Positions 17,008-25,204 of a stretch of DNA of 55,407 nucleotides are shown here, piece after piece. Origin of the DNA: an uncultured Halobacteriales archaeon (GTDB lineage Archaea; Thermoplasmatota; E2; JACPAO01); contig CAYOZB010000003.1 in NCBI GenBank assembly GCA_964408365.1, forward strand, positions 1-55,407. Direction: 5' to 3'. Below the pieces are notes generated by a model. That model searched no databases. It had not been told where the DNA came from and saw only the letters and a list, made by a program, of their open reading frames with translations. Every line of letters starts with the position of its first letter. Within the stretch, counting starts at the first letter, position 1. The translations under genes were made by a program, and so were the position numbers.

Positions 17008-17424
17008 GCGCAGGCCCTGTGGGGCGGCGCGGCTGGTCCCGCCCTCGCGGTGGGACCGACACAAAGGCTCCGGCCCATGGACCGGAACCTTGTGCAGTAC
17101 GCATCAGAACATCCATCGGCCCGGACTCGCTGCCTCGGTGGCGGGCCCGGCTTCCGCGCCACGAAAGTGGCCGGACCGCCCGACTCGACGGAGAAACAGG
17201 GCGGCTCGACCGGCAACGGTCGGGAGAACGAGCCGAAGTCGAAAGGCTTCGGCCGGATGCCAGAAGGAACTCCGACCCAGGACGGGGCGACCCGACCGGG
17301 GCCCGATCTCGAAAGGGATTAGGCGCAAGCGGAGGCCGGCGCCAACCGCCGAACAGGCGGGACGCGGACCGGCTCACGATGCGGAAAGGGCGCTGTAATG
17401 CCCGGCCGCCCCACAGACCTTCGC
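17008..17424 (+). ncRNA. Large structured non-coding RNA of unknown family (~415 nt)
   Basis: Perfect 12-bp closing helix 17017-17028/17405-17416, more than ten internal helices, five GNRA tetraloops, G-U pairs on the + strand, upstream TATA-like box, downstream T-tract, and no credible ORF. Confidence 0.8.
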
Positions 17425-17425
17425 G

Positions 17426-17445
17426 ACTTCTTCGCGATTTTTGTT
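17426..17445 (+). terminator. Pyrimidine-rich / oligo-T terminator after the structured RNA
   Basis: ACTTCTTCGCGATTTTTGTT (T5 at 17438-17442) immediately follows the closing helix. Confidence 0.45.
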
Positions 17446-17457
17446 CCAAAGCGGACG

Positions 17458-18165
17458 CTACTTTCCGCCCGCGGCTTTGAGGTCCGCGCGGTCATCCGTG
17501 TCGAAATCGTTCGGGATGCCGCCCGTGAGCGTGGACAGGCCCAGCGTGTTCTCGACGGCCCAATACATCACAGATTGGGAATTGGAGCTGTGCTTCTCGT
17601 GCGCGTCGTCCTCGTGGTCCGTTTGCATGGGAATGCCGAGGTTGACCAAACCGATCGCGTGACCAAACTCGTGCACGAGCACCGCCCGCTCGATGTCCGA
17701 TGCGCCGAAGCCGAGAAGTCCGCCTCCATTGATCGCGTCCGGGAACACGGCGATGCGACCCTTTTGGAAGAACACGCCCAACACCTTGCCGTTGCTCGTG
17801 TCGCCGTCACTGTTCCCGTCGACGTACAACACCGTCAGAACGGCGCGACCTCCGGTGGATGAGGTGGAGGAGCGATCGTCGGCGAGGTTGGAGAGATCGC
17901 GCGACGACCACGTTCTCGAATCACCGTCAAAGGCATGACGTTGGACCTCGATCCCGCCGGGCTTGGACAGGCGTTCGTGCGCGCGCTGCTCGAGAAGCTC
18001 GATCGCCGCGTCGCGGGGCGCGGCGTTCTCGTCGTAAAAGACCTCGATCAGCATCGAACTGTAGCGCGAATCCGAGACGAAGTCCCTCGGCCCAGGCCCC
18101 CCGAGGCCAAAACAGCCGGACACGGCGGGAAGGGTGGCAATCAAGATAACGAGAGAGATGCGCAC
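17458..18165 (-). CDS. Zinc metalloprotease lipoprotein (metzincin-like)
   Basis: Lipobox VSGC, HEFGHAIGLVN zinc motif, and SVMY Met-turn. Confidence 0.88.
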   Translation of the reverse strand: MRISLVILIATLPAVSGCFGLGGPGPRDFVSDSRYSSMLIEVFYDENAAPRDAAIELLEQRAHERLSKPGGIEVQRHAFDGDSRTWSSRDLSNLADDRSSTSSTGGRAVLTVLYVDGNSDGDTSNGKVLGVFFQKGRIAVFPDAINGGGLLGFGASDIERAVLVHEFGHAIGLVNLGIPMQTDHEDDAHEKHSSNSQSVMYWAVENTLGLSTLTGGIPNDFDTDDRADLKAAGGK

Positions 18166-18203
18166 GCGCGGTCAATCCTGGACTCAGCGAAAACCTTTCT
18201 CGT

Positions 18204-18240
18204 ACACCTAGGCTTGGACTCTACACACCTAGGCTTGGAC
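18204..18240. repeat. Perfect 16-bp direct repeat with 21-bp period
   Basis: ACACCTAGGCTTGGAC at 18204-18219 and 18225-18240. Confidence 0.9.
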
Positions 18241-18254
18241 CGAAAGACAGAAAT

Positions 18255-18343
18255 CGGCGGCGGAGGGATTCGAACCCTCGAGTTGGTTCGCACCAATGCG
18301 TCCGGTTCGCAACCGGCCGCCCTAACCACTAGGCAACGCCGCC
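18255..18343 (-). tRNA. tRNA with anticodon GCG (Arg) and an unusually long, class II-like variable region
   Basis: Acceptor GGCGGCG/CGCCGCC with G73; D arm GCCUAGUGGUUAGGGC; anticodon loop UUGCGAA; 21-nt variable region; T arm GAGGG-UUCGAAU-CCCUC. CCA not encoded. Confidence 0.9.
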
Positions 18344-18383
18344 GAGTCCGGGCGGGGACTTCGCACCCCCGCCCTATTCTCTT

Positions 18384-18656
18384 TCAGAATTTCGCCGCCG
18401 CCAGGTGGCCCACGCCCGCATCGTGCAGGGTCTGGATCCATTTCGGGCCGGTCGCTTGCGCGACGAACTTCGGCAAGCGCAGCTGGTTCCACTCTTGCAC
18501 CGTGACGTCGCGCACGCCATACCCAAGGGCGCCATGGTCCGGGCACGTGTAGATTTCGCGCATTCGGCCATGGAGGCTCGTCACGAGTCGGGGAACGTCG
18601 ATTCCGCAGACCGGGCACGAGCCGCGGTCCTTGAGCATTGCCGGCATTTGGGGCAC
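18384..18656 (-). CDS. Small CPxCG-type zinc-finger protein
   Basis: CPVCG...CPDHG ligand set in a protein of about 85-90 aa. Start uncertain. Confidence 0.65.
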   Translation of the reverse strand: MPQMPAMLKDRGSCPVCGIDVPRLVTSLHGRMREIYTCPDHGALGYGVRDVTVQEWNQLRLPKFVAQATGPKWIQTLHDAGVGHLAAAKF

Positions 18657-18801
18657 CGAACCGTTGGAGGCGCCCCGACCATATCCCTCTCACGGGGGGT
18701 TGGGTGAAAGTAGTGAAAGTCGCCAACGTATGTGCGGCGACGTCCCCAGAGCGCGGCTCGGCAGGGCTTTAATAATCGAGACCTTCGGCGACGGAAGGCC
18801 C

Positions 18802-20157
18802 ATGTACGTCGTACTGTCGGGCGCCGGCGAGGTCGGCCACCACGTCGCCAAGGCGCTTCGCCTCGAAGGACACGACGTCGCCATCATCGAAAAGTCGAAA
18901 GCCGTCCTCGACACGATCACCGATCTGGATGCCTTGTTGATCCAAGGAAACGGTGCGAGTCAGATCAGTCTTGAGCAGGCGAACATCGCCCGGGCGGACG
19001 TCTTCATCGGCGCCAGCGGTTCCGACGAAGCTAACATGATCGGTTGTGGCATCGCCAAGAGTTATGGTGTGAAGACCGTCGCGCGAATCACCGACGAGAC
19101 CTATCTCGACGAGGTCGTCTCCCACCGTTACCAGAGCATCGGCATCGACGTCGCCGTCTGCCCGGAACTTGTCGCCGCGACCAAAGTTGCCAACCTTCTG
19201 CGTGCACCGGCGTTGGCATCGGCGGACATCCTCGCCCAAGGTCAGATCGCCATGGTCGAGTCGAAAGTCCTTGCGAACAGTCCCATCGACGGCAAGACGC
19301 TATCGCAGATCAAGCCGCCTTCCGGAATCAACATCGTGACGATCTTCCATGGCGAGGAGATCATCATCCCGCGCGGCAAGGACACGCTTCACGCTGGGGA
19401 CCGGATCCTCATGGCCGTCCTCACGCCGGAAGCGATGAAGGAGGCCGAGGACAAACTCGGGCTTCGCGCAGGAAGCCGCACAGGCAAGATGCGCAAGGTC
19501 GTCATCGCGGGCGGGACCCGCATCGGCGTACGCCTCGCGCGGCTCCTCGAGAAACACATGGAAGTCGTCATCATCGAGAAGGACAAGATCCGTGCCCAGG
19601 AAGCGTTCGAGAAAGTCAAGGACACGTTGGTCATCACGGGCGATGCGACCGATCTTGCCGTGCTTCGAGGGGAAGGCATCGAGACCGCGGACGCCTTCGT
19701 GGGCGCCGAGCGGGTCGAGGAGTACAACATCCTCTCCTGCCTCGTCGCGAAGAAGCTCGGCGTGCGCAACACGATCGCGTTCATCAACCAGCCACAATTG
19801 AAGAACCTCGTCGAAGACATCGGTATCGACCTCGCGTTGACGGTCCGTCAGACGACCGTGTCGAGCCTCTTGCAGTGGACGCTCAAGATGGATGCCGTCG
19901 ACATGGCCCTCGTGGGTGGGGGCGAGGTCCAGGTGATCGATGTCCGCGTGCGGGTCGGCTCCAAGATCGCAGGCAAGGCCTTGCGCAAGATCGAGTTCCC
20001 GCGTTCCAGCATCGTCGGCGCCATCATCCGAGGCAACGACGTGCTGATTCCGCGAGGAGACGACGAAGTGCGGGAGAACGATCGGCTGATCATCGTGGCG
20101 TTGACGGAAGCGATTCCGCGCGTGGAACGCGTTCTCCGGGGCGGCAGCGCGGGATGA
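18802..20157 (+). CDS. trkA: Trk potassium transporter NAD-binding subunit TrkA
   Basis: Two RCK_N domains (GAGEVG; GGTRIG) and two RCK_C domains (IIIPRG..). TATA-like TTTAATA upstream. Confidence 0.95.
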   Translation: MYVVLSGAGEVGHHVAKALRLEGHDVAIIEKSKAVLDTITDLDALLIQGNGASQISLEQANIARADVFIGASGSDEANMIGCGIAKSYGVKTVARITDETYLDEVVSHRYQSIGIDVAVCPELVAATKVANLLRAPALASADILAQGQIAMVESKVLANSPIDGKTLSQIKPPSGINIVTIFHGEEIIIPRGKDTLHAGDRILMAVLTPEAMKEAEDKLGLRAGSRTGKMRKVVIAGGTRIGVRLARLLEKHMEVVIIEKDKIRAQEAFEKVKDTLVITGDATDLAVLRGEGIETADAFVGAERVEEYNILSCLVAKKLGVRNTIAFINQPQLKNLVEDIGIDLALTVRQTTVSSLLQWTLKMDAVDMALVGGGEVQVIDVRVRVGSKIAGKALRKIEFPRSSIVGAIIRGNDVLIPRGDDEVRENDRLIIVALTEAIPRVERVLRGGSAG

Positions 20158-21668
20158 AGGTCCTACGGCTCGCGCGCATCTTCGGTTCCCTGCTTCGCGT
20201 GTTCTCCGTATTTTTCCTCATCCCCCTTGCCGCAAGCCTGTACTGGGACCAGGACATCCCGAACGAGACACCGTTCGGCGACGGGACCATCCCTGTGAAG
20301 GTCACGACGTTCGCGTTCTTCGGCGGCTTCGTCGTTACACTCCTCACCGGGTACGCCGCGAGTGCTCTCGCCGCGGGCCATGAAGGGGAACTGCGAGAAC
20401 GCGAATCGTTGTTCGTGGTCGGAACGTCGTGGCTCATCTGCGCCCTGATGGGTGGGATTCCGTTCATCGTAAGCGGCGCCACGCGCGATCCATCCATTGC
20501 CTTCTTCGAGTCGATGAGCGGTCTCACGACGACCGGATACAGCGCGTTGGCATTGCCGCTCGAACGGTATGCGGAAAGCATTCACGTGTGGCGCGCCACG
20601 CTCCACCTCTTCGGTGGCATGGGAATCGTCCTCATCGCCTTCGCCATCGTTTCGAGACTCACCGAAGGAGGCGCCCGCATGGCGGGGGGCGAAGCGGGCG
20701 GCGACGTCGAACGCCTTCGACCGAAACTATCCCACACTGCGAGGAGCCTTGCCTTCGTCTATATGGGACTCAACTTCGTGGCGTTCGTGGCATTTTGGTT
20801 CGCGTTCCGCTTCTCCCCCGTCGTCGGAAGCTGGAAGGAAGCTGCTTACGAAGCGTACGTGCACAGCGTCGCGAGTGTTGCGACGGGCGGATTCTCCACA
20901 CGCACGGCCAGCCTCGCCGCCTTCGATTCGCACACCGTCATCATCGTGGGAACCGTCGCCATGCTATTGGGCGGAATCAGTTTCCCGCTCTATTTCAGAG
21001 CCGTCAGGCAAGGAATCGGCATCATTCTTCGGAACCATGAATTTCGTTTCTTCATCACCGTGATTCTCCTGGCGTTCCTCGGCGTCGCCTTGTTCCTGTA
21101 TCGGCAGGGCCAGGAACCGTGGTTCATCATCGAACATGGTCTGTTCCAGGTCATCAGCGCCATCGTCACGTGCGGGTTCACCTCCACTGACCCCGGTGCG
21201 TTCCCCGACGGCGCGAAACTCATCATGTTGTTTCTCATGTTCACGGGAGCGATGGTCGGCTCAACGACGGGCGCGATCAAGATCTCACGCATCGAACTTC
21301 TCATTCGGATGACCCTCGACGAAATCCAGCGACTCTTGCACCCTCGTGCCGTCACCGTTGCACGCTTCGCAGGTCGCATCATTCCAGAAGGTTCCCAGCG
21401 TCGCGTCATCGCGTTCTTTTTCGCATACGTCACTACGTTCATCGCAGGCGCCCTGGCCCTGAACCTTCTTGGGTTCGACTTCTCCTCCAGCATTGTGGCG
21501 TCCGCCGCCAGCCTCGGAGGCGTCGGCTTCGGCTGGGGCATGGCGGGCGGCTTCGCGGATCCCATCCTGCCAGCAGCCCGCGTCGTCGGTGTGCTTCTCA
21601 TGTGGATGGGCCGTCTCGAGATCTTCACCGTCATCATCCTGTTCTTCCCACGCACCTATCGTGATTAG
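20154..21668 (+). CDS. trkH: Trk potassium uptake membrane protein TrkH
   Basis: FFESMSGLTTTG, TGGFS, GSTTGAIK and MWMGRLEI motifs; ATGA overlap with trkA. Confidence 0.95.
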   Translation: MKVLRLARIFGSLLRVFSVFFLIPLAASLYWDQDIPNETPFGDGTIPVKVTTFAFFGGFVVTLLTGYAASALAAGHEGELRERESLFVVGTSWLICALMGGIPFIVSGATRDPSIAFFESMSGLTTTGYSALALPLERYAESIHVWRATLHLFGGMGIVLIAFAIVSRLTEGGARMAGGEAGGDVERLRPKLSHTARSLAFVYMGLNFVAFVAFWFAFRFSPVVGSWKEAAYEAYVHSVASVATGGFSTRTASLAAFDSHTVIIVGTVAMLLGGISFPLYFRAVRQGIGIILRNHEFRFFITVILLAFLGVALFLYRQGQEPWFIIEHGLFQVISAIVTCGFTSTDPGAFPDGAKLIMLFLMFTGAMVGSTTGAIKISRIELLIRMTLDEIQRLLHPRAVTVARFAGRIIPEGSQRRVIAFFFAYVTTFIAGALALNLLGFDFSSSIVASAASLGGVGFGWGMAGGFADPILPAARVVGVLLMWMGRLEIFTVIILFFPRTYRD

Positions 21669-21732
21669 GGCAGCATCGCCGCGTCCGGCCGAGGGTTACG
21701 CTTAAGTCCGGCCCCAACCTCCGCCGCGAACC

Positions 21733-21984
21733 GTGACCCAGCAGAGCAACTGGTACATCCGACGACTGGAGAAGGGCGTTGTCAAGCGTGAGAAGCAGAT
21801 CACGAAGCTGCGCGCCAAGATCGAAACGTTCGAGCAGCGTCATGAAGCCGGCAAGATCACCCGCGCCAAATACGAGATCAAGAAAGCGCAGATCGAATCC
21901 AAGATCCGCGTCTTGGCCGCACGCGTCAGCACGTACAGAGGCGCGATCGGCAAAGAGCGACGCAAACTCGAGAAAGGCGAATAA
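21733..21984 (+). CDS. Small basic coiled-coil hypothetical protein
   Basis: 83 aa K/R/E-rich helical sequence with host-like codon usage; TATA-like CTTAAG upstream. Confidence 0.7.
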   Translation: MTQQSNWYIRRLEKGVVKREKQITKLRAKIETFEQRHEAGKITRAKYEIKKAQIESKIRVLAARVSTYRGAIGKERRKLEKGE

Positions 21985-21990
21985 ATCCGC

Positions 21991-22314
21991 TTAGGTGGGT
22001 CGCCACCGGACCCGATCGAACTCCCGCACGCGGCCTTCGCTGATCGGCACGCCCTCTTTGCGGAGCAACGCGATCTTTCCCGCTACGCCCCGTTTTCCCG
22101 AATAGTTCCCGATCACGCCGCTCGACGCAACCACCCGATGGCACGGCGTCGTGGGCGCGTCGGGGTTGAGCCGCATCGCCGTACCTACGGCCCGCGCCGC
22201 GCCCGGCTTGCCGATGCAGAGCGCCACATCACCGTACGTCATCACGCGACCTTGCGGGATCTGGCGGATGAGTTCGTAGCAACGCTCGCGGAAGCCCAAC
22301 GAAGGCCGGTTCAT
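21991..22314 (-). CDS. ogt: Methylated-DNA-protein-cysteine methyltransferase (MGMT family, single domain)
   Basis: IPQGRVMTYGDVA, ARAVGTAM and active-site PCHRV. Confidence 0.9.
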   Translation of the reverse strand: MNRPSLGFRERCYELIRQIPQGRVMTYGDVALCIGKPGAARAVGTAMRLNPDAPTTPCHRVVASSGVIGNYSGKRGVAGKIALLRKEGVPISEGRVREFDRVRWRPT

Positions 22315-22425
22315 GACCGGTCTTAGGCCGGGCTCCCGTTTTCAAGATTTGGCTCCCGTTGCGCCTGGAACATCGATCGCCCTCGCCAAACCGTTAAATC
22401 ACCCGCCGACAACGAGGCCGCGGGC

Positions 22426-23364
22426 ATGGTCAACAGTCTCACCCTCGGCGTCGCTTCATTATTCCTCGTTTCCTTGTCCGCCTGCGTCGACGACGGCAGC
22501 TTGACGTCGACCGACGACACCGCGCCCGTGCCGATCGAGTCGGGCACCGGCGGCATCGAAGGAACGGTCGTGGACGCAAGCCTCGCGCCCATCGAAGGCG
22601 CCCAGGTGGGCATTGTCGCGCTCGGCCTTCTCGCGATGAGCGGGGTGGATGGATCGTTCCGACTCGACGGGATCCAACCGGGACGTCACGAAGTCGCCGC
22701 CCAAAAACTCGGGTTCACCTCTGCCGTCGTCTCGATCGAGGTCCTCGAGGGCCAACGCGTCCCAGCGACACTTACCCTGGACCCACTGCCGACCCTTGAC
22801 CCGTACCACGTCATCATCATCGAACGCGGCTCGTTCGGTTGCGGCATCGCCTACCGTCCCCAACAAGCGGGCATTGTCGGCGCATCCGTGTGCGGCGCCA
22901 TCACCGCTTACGCTGGTGAGAACCAGGTCGACAAGTTCCTCATCCTGTGGGACCTCGTCGGCCCGTACACGGGTTGGCAAGGCGCGGCCTACGAGATGGA
23001 ATGGACGACGACCCAAGCCCTCGGTTCCGGGCTCTGGGTCCGCTTCGAAACCAACCTATGCTCTGGTAGCCTCGAATCGACGTTCACCAGCATTCGCGGC
23101 AAAAGCCCGCTGCGCGAGGTCCAGAACGCGCAGGTTGTCGCAGAGAAGCTTACGAGCAACGAAGGAAGCTCCTGCGGAACGGCCGAGGATTGCTCCGAGA
23201 CCGCGTGCCTGATCCAATCCCGGGTCTTTCCACATACCGAAGTGTTCGGCGACGCGTACCCGGCCGACATCGGCGACACCATCCAGCAGCCATTCACCCA
23301 ATACTTCACCCAGTTCTTCCACGGCGAACCCGCCGCGGAGTATTCGGCCCTGGCCGACTCGTAG
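22426..23364 (+). CDS. Lipoprotein with carboxypeptidase-regulatory-like domain
   Basis: Lipobox LSAC, then GGIEGTVVD...PIEGAQV...DGSFRLDGIQPG. Confidence 0.8.
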   Translation: MVNSLTLGVASLFLVSLSACVDDGSLTSTDDTAPVPIESGTGGIEGTVVDASLAPIEGAQVGIVALGLLAMSGVDGSFRLDGIQPGRHEVAAQKLGFTSAVVSIEVLEGQRVPATLTLDPLPTLDPYHVIIIERGSFGCGIAYRPQQAGIVGASVCGAITAYAGENQVDKFLILWDLVGPYTGWQGAAYEMEWTTTQALGSGLWVRFETNLCSGSLESTFTSIRGKSPLREVQNAQVVAEKLTSNEGSSCGTAEDCSETACLIQSRVFPHTEVFGDAYPADIGDTIQQPFTQYFTQFFHGEPAAEYSALADS

Positions 23365-23389
23365 CAAGACGTGTTAAGGAGATGACAAG

Positions 23390-25204
23390 ATGCGAAACCC
23401 GATGTCCGGACGCCTTCTGACGCTCGCAGCGTGGCTTCTCGTGGGGATCCTCGGTAGCGGATGCCTGAGTGGACCCGCCGCAAACAGCGAGGATCAATCG
23501 CCGGAACTCGTGAAGATCCGCGCGCAAGGAACCGCCAAACCCGTGCCTGCGGGCACGTACAAGTTCGACGGAGCGTTCGCCCAGGTCCTTGCGGAAGGAC
23601 CGTTCAAGGAACTCGGATTCACCAAGACCTTCCTGCCATCCGCCATCGACGGCGTGGAAATCGAGATCGGCGTGTGGCGACCCGACGTGCCGGAAGGCAC
23701 GAAGGTCCCCGTCATCGCCGACGCCGGACCGTACTATGGCAACCTCGAAGGCCGGATGGACACCCGTTCCCGATACATCCTCATGATGACGACGAACTAC
23801 ATCAGCCACGGGTACGCGGTCGCCGCGATCGCGGTGCGCGGAACGGGCGGTTCCGGCGGCTGCATGGATCTCATGGGCCCCAAGGAGGTCGCCGACCTCG
23901 ACCAGGCCGTCACCTGGCTCGGCACACAGGACTGGAGCAACGGCGCGGTCGGCATGATCGGCCGGAGCTACGACGGCTCGACGCCGTGGAGCGCGGCGTC
24001 CAAGGGCAACCCCTACCTCAAGACTGTGGTCCCCGTGTCGGGCGTGCCGGATGTGTACGGCTTGATGTTCCGCAACGGCAGCGCCGAAGACCGAGGACCC
24101 TTCCTTCTCAATGCCCTCTACTACGTGTTCTTCGCGCGCACGGACCCCGCCGTGGATGCGCGCGAAGCCCAGCACGTCGTCCAAGGCGTGGTGTGCCCTG
24201 ACTCGTGGGTCGGCCTCGGCGCGTCCATGTACTCCGGCGTTACCGGTGCACGCGACGGGATCGGCTGGTGGGCGGAACGCAACCACAAGCCCCACGTCGA
24301 AGCCACATGGAACGGAAGCGTCCTCATGGTCCAAGGATTGCAAGATTGGAACGTCGACCCCGGCATGAACCTCCCTTGGGCCGACGACCTCGAGCAGAAC
24401 GGGCTCGTCGTCCATCAGATGCTCGGGCAATGGGGACACGAGTTCCCGGACCAGCGCACGAACCCTGGAACCGATTCCAGCATGCGCTGGGACTGGGCCG
24501 AGATCCTCCTCAACTGGTGGGACTACTGGCTCAAGGGCAAGACCACCGTGGACCTCGGACCCGCCGTTCAGATCGAAGACACCTCCGGACGATGGCACTA
24601 CGACGACCACTACCCGCCGCGCGACGCCAACTGGACCACTCTTCACCTCGGAACAGGCAACCGCCTCACGGAAGAACCCACAGACGCCGGCAGCGTCCTT
24701 CTCCTGCCGAACCAGGTCGGCGACACGGGAGCGGAGCAGCTTCGCGAAACGCCCGGATTCAAAGCCGACTTCATGCTTCCGACGCTGCACGAGAACCTCA
24801 CGTTCTCCGGACTGCCGCGCGTCCACATCACCGTCACACCCCAAGGCCCGACGGGACACTTGGCGGCGTGGCTTTACTCGGTGACGCCCGATGGCGAAGA
24901 GACTGCCGTCGGCTGGGCCACCATGAACCTCCAGTTCGCCGACGGCACCGAGACCCCACGCACATTGGTCCCCAACCAGCCGATTCTCGCCAAGATGCAG
25001 ATCCAGCCCCTCGACGTCAACATCGAAGCCGGAAACCGCCTCATGTTGCGCATCTGGCAATACGGCGACAACGGCCGACTCCCCGCGATCCCGCCGGAGC
25101 CGGTGACCCTCAACTTCGGCGGCCAGACCAAGAGCACCCTGGAACTCCCGATCATCGACCGCGACGAATCCTACTACTTCGAGCCACCGCGACCGAGCCC
25201 GTGA
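23390..25204 (+). CDS. CocE/NonD family (peptidase S15) serine hydrolase lipoprotein
   Basis: RGTGGSGG, WSNGAVGMIGRSYDG nucleophile motif, GLQDWNV, and a C-terminal PepX_C-like domain. Confidence 0.92.
   Translation: MRNPMSGRLLTLAAWLLVGILGSGCLSGPAANSEDQSPELVKIRAQGTAKPVPAGTYKFDGAFAQVLAEGPFKELGFTKTFLPSAIDGVEIEIGVWRPDVPEGTKVPVIADAGPYYGNLEGRMDTRSRYILMMTTNYISHGYAVAAIAVRGTGGSGGCMDLMGPKEVADLDQAVTWLGTQDWSNGAVGMIGRSYDGSTPWSAASKGNPYLKTVVPVSGVPDVYGLMFRNGSAEDRGPFLLNALYYVFFARTDPAVDAREAQHVVQGVVCPDSWVGLGASMYSGVTGARDGIGWWAERNHKPHVEATWNGSVLMVQGLQDWNVDPGMNLPWADDLEQNGLVVHQMLGQWGHEFPDQRTNPGTDSSMRWDWAEILLNWWDYWLKGKTTVDLGPAVQIEDTSGRWHYDDHYPPRDANWTTLHLGTGNRLTEEPTDAGSVLLLPNQVGDTGAEQLRETPGFKADFMLPTLHENLTFSGLPRVHITVTPQGPTGHLAAWLYSVTPDGEETAVGWATMNLQFADGTETPRTLVPNQPILAKMQIQPLDVNIEAGNRLMLRIWQYGDNGRLPAIPPEPVTLNFGGQTKSTLELPIIDRDESYYFEPPRPSP

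Noticed and set aside
16990-17322. 110-aa ORF and other ORFs over the structured RNA
   Set aside because: Low-complexity G/P/R-rich translations with no motif; the pairing pattern explains the sequence better.
17008-17424. Structured RNA read as tmRNA, SRP RNA, a second RNase P, a group II intron or a riboswitch
   Set aside because: It has GGGGC near the 5' end but no UUCRA T-loop or CCA end. There is no SRP helix-8 motif. GAAGGAACUCC resembles CR-I but has no downstream CR-V partner. The GAGCCG hairpin is too short for domain V and lacks its bulge. No same-strand gene follows for a riboswitch to control.
18255-18343. Genome-wide reassignment of CGC/CGU codons
   Set aside because: CGC and CGT occupy conserved Arg positions in PolD (e.g. 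RLRYGRSR), so the standard code fits.
18704-18720. GTGAAAGT direct repeat upstream of trkA and the Zn-finger gene
   Set aside because: Only 8 bp twice; too weak to call without comparative data.
19044-20153. N-terminal extensions of TrkH (also of the DUF4430, epimerase, TFS and HTH ORFs) suggesting fusions
   Set aside because: The extensions are Arg/Pro-rich off-frame readthrough of neighbouring genes or spacers; downstream starts give normal proteins.
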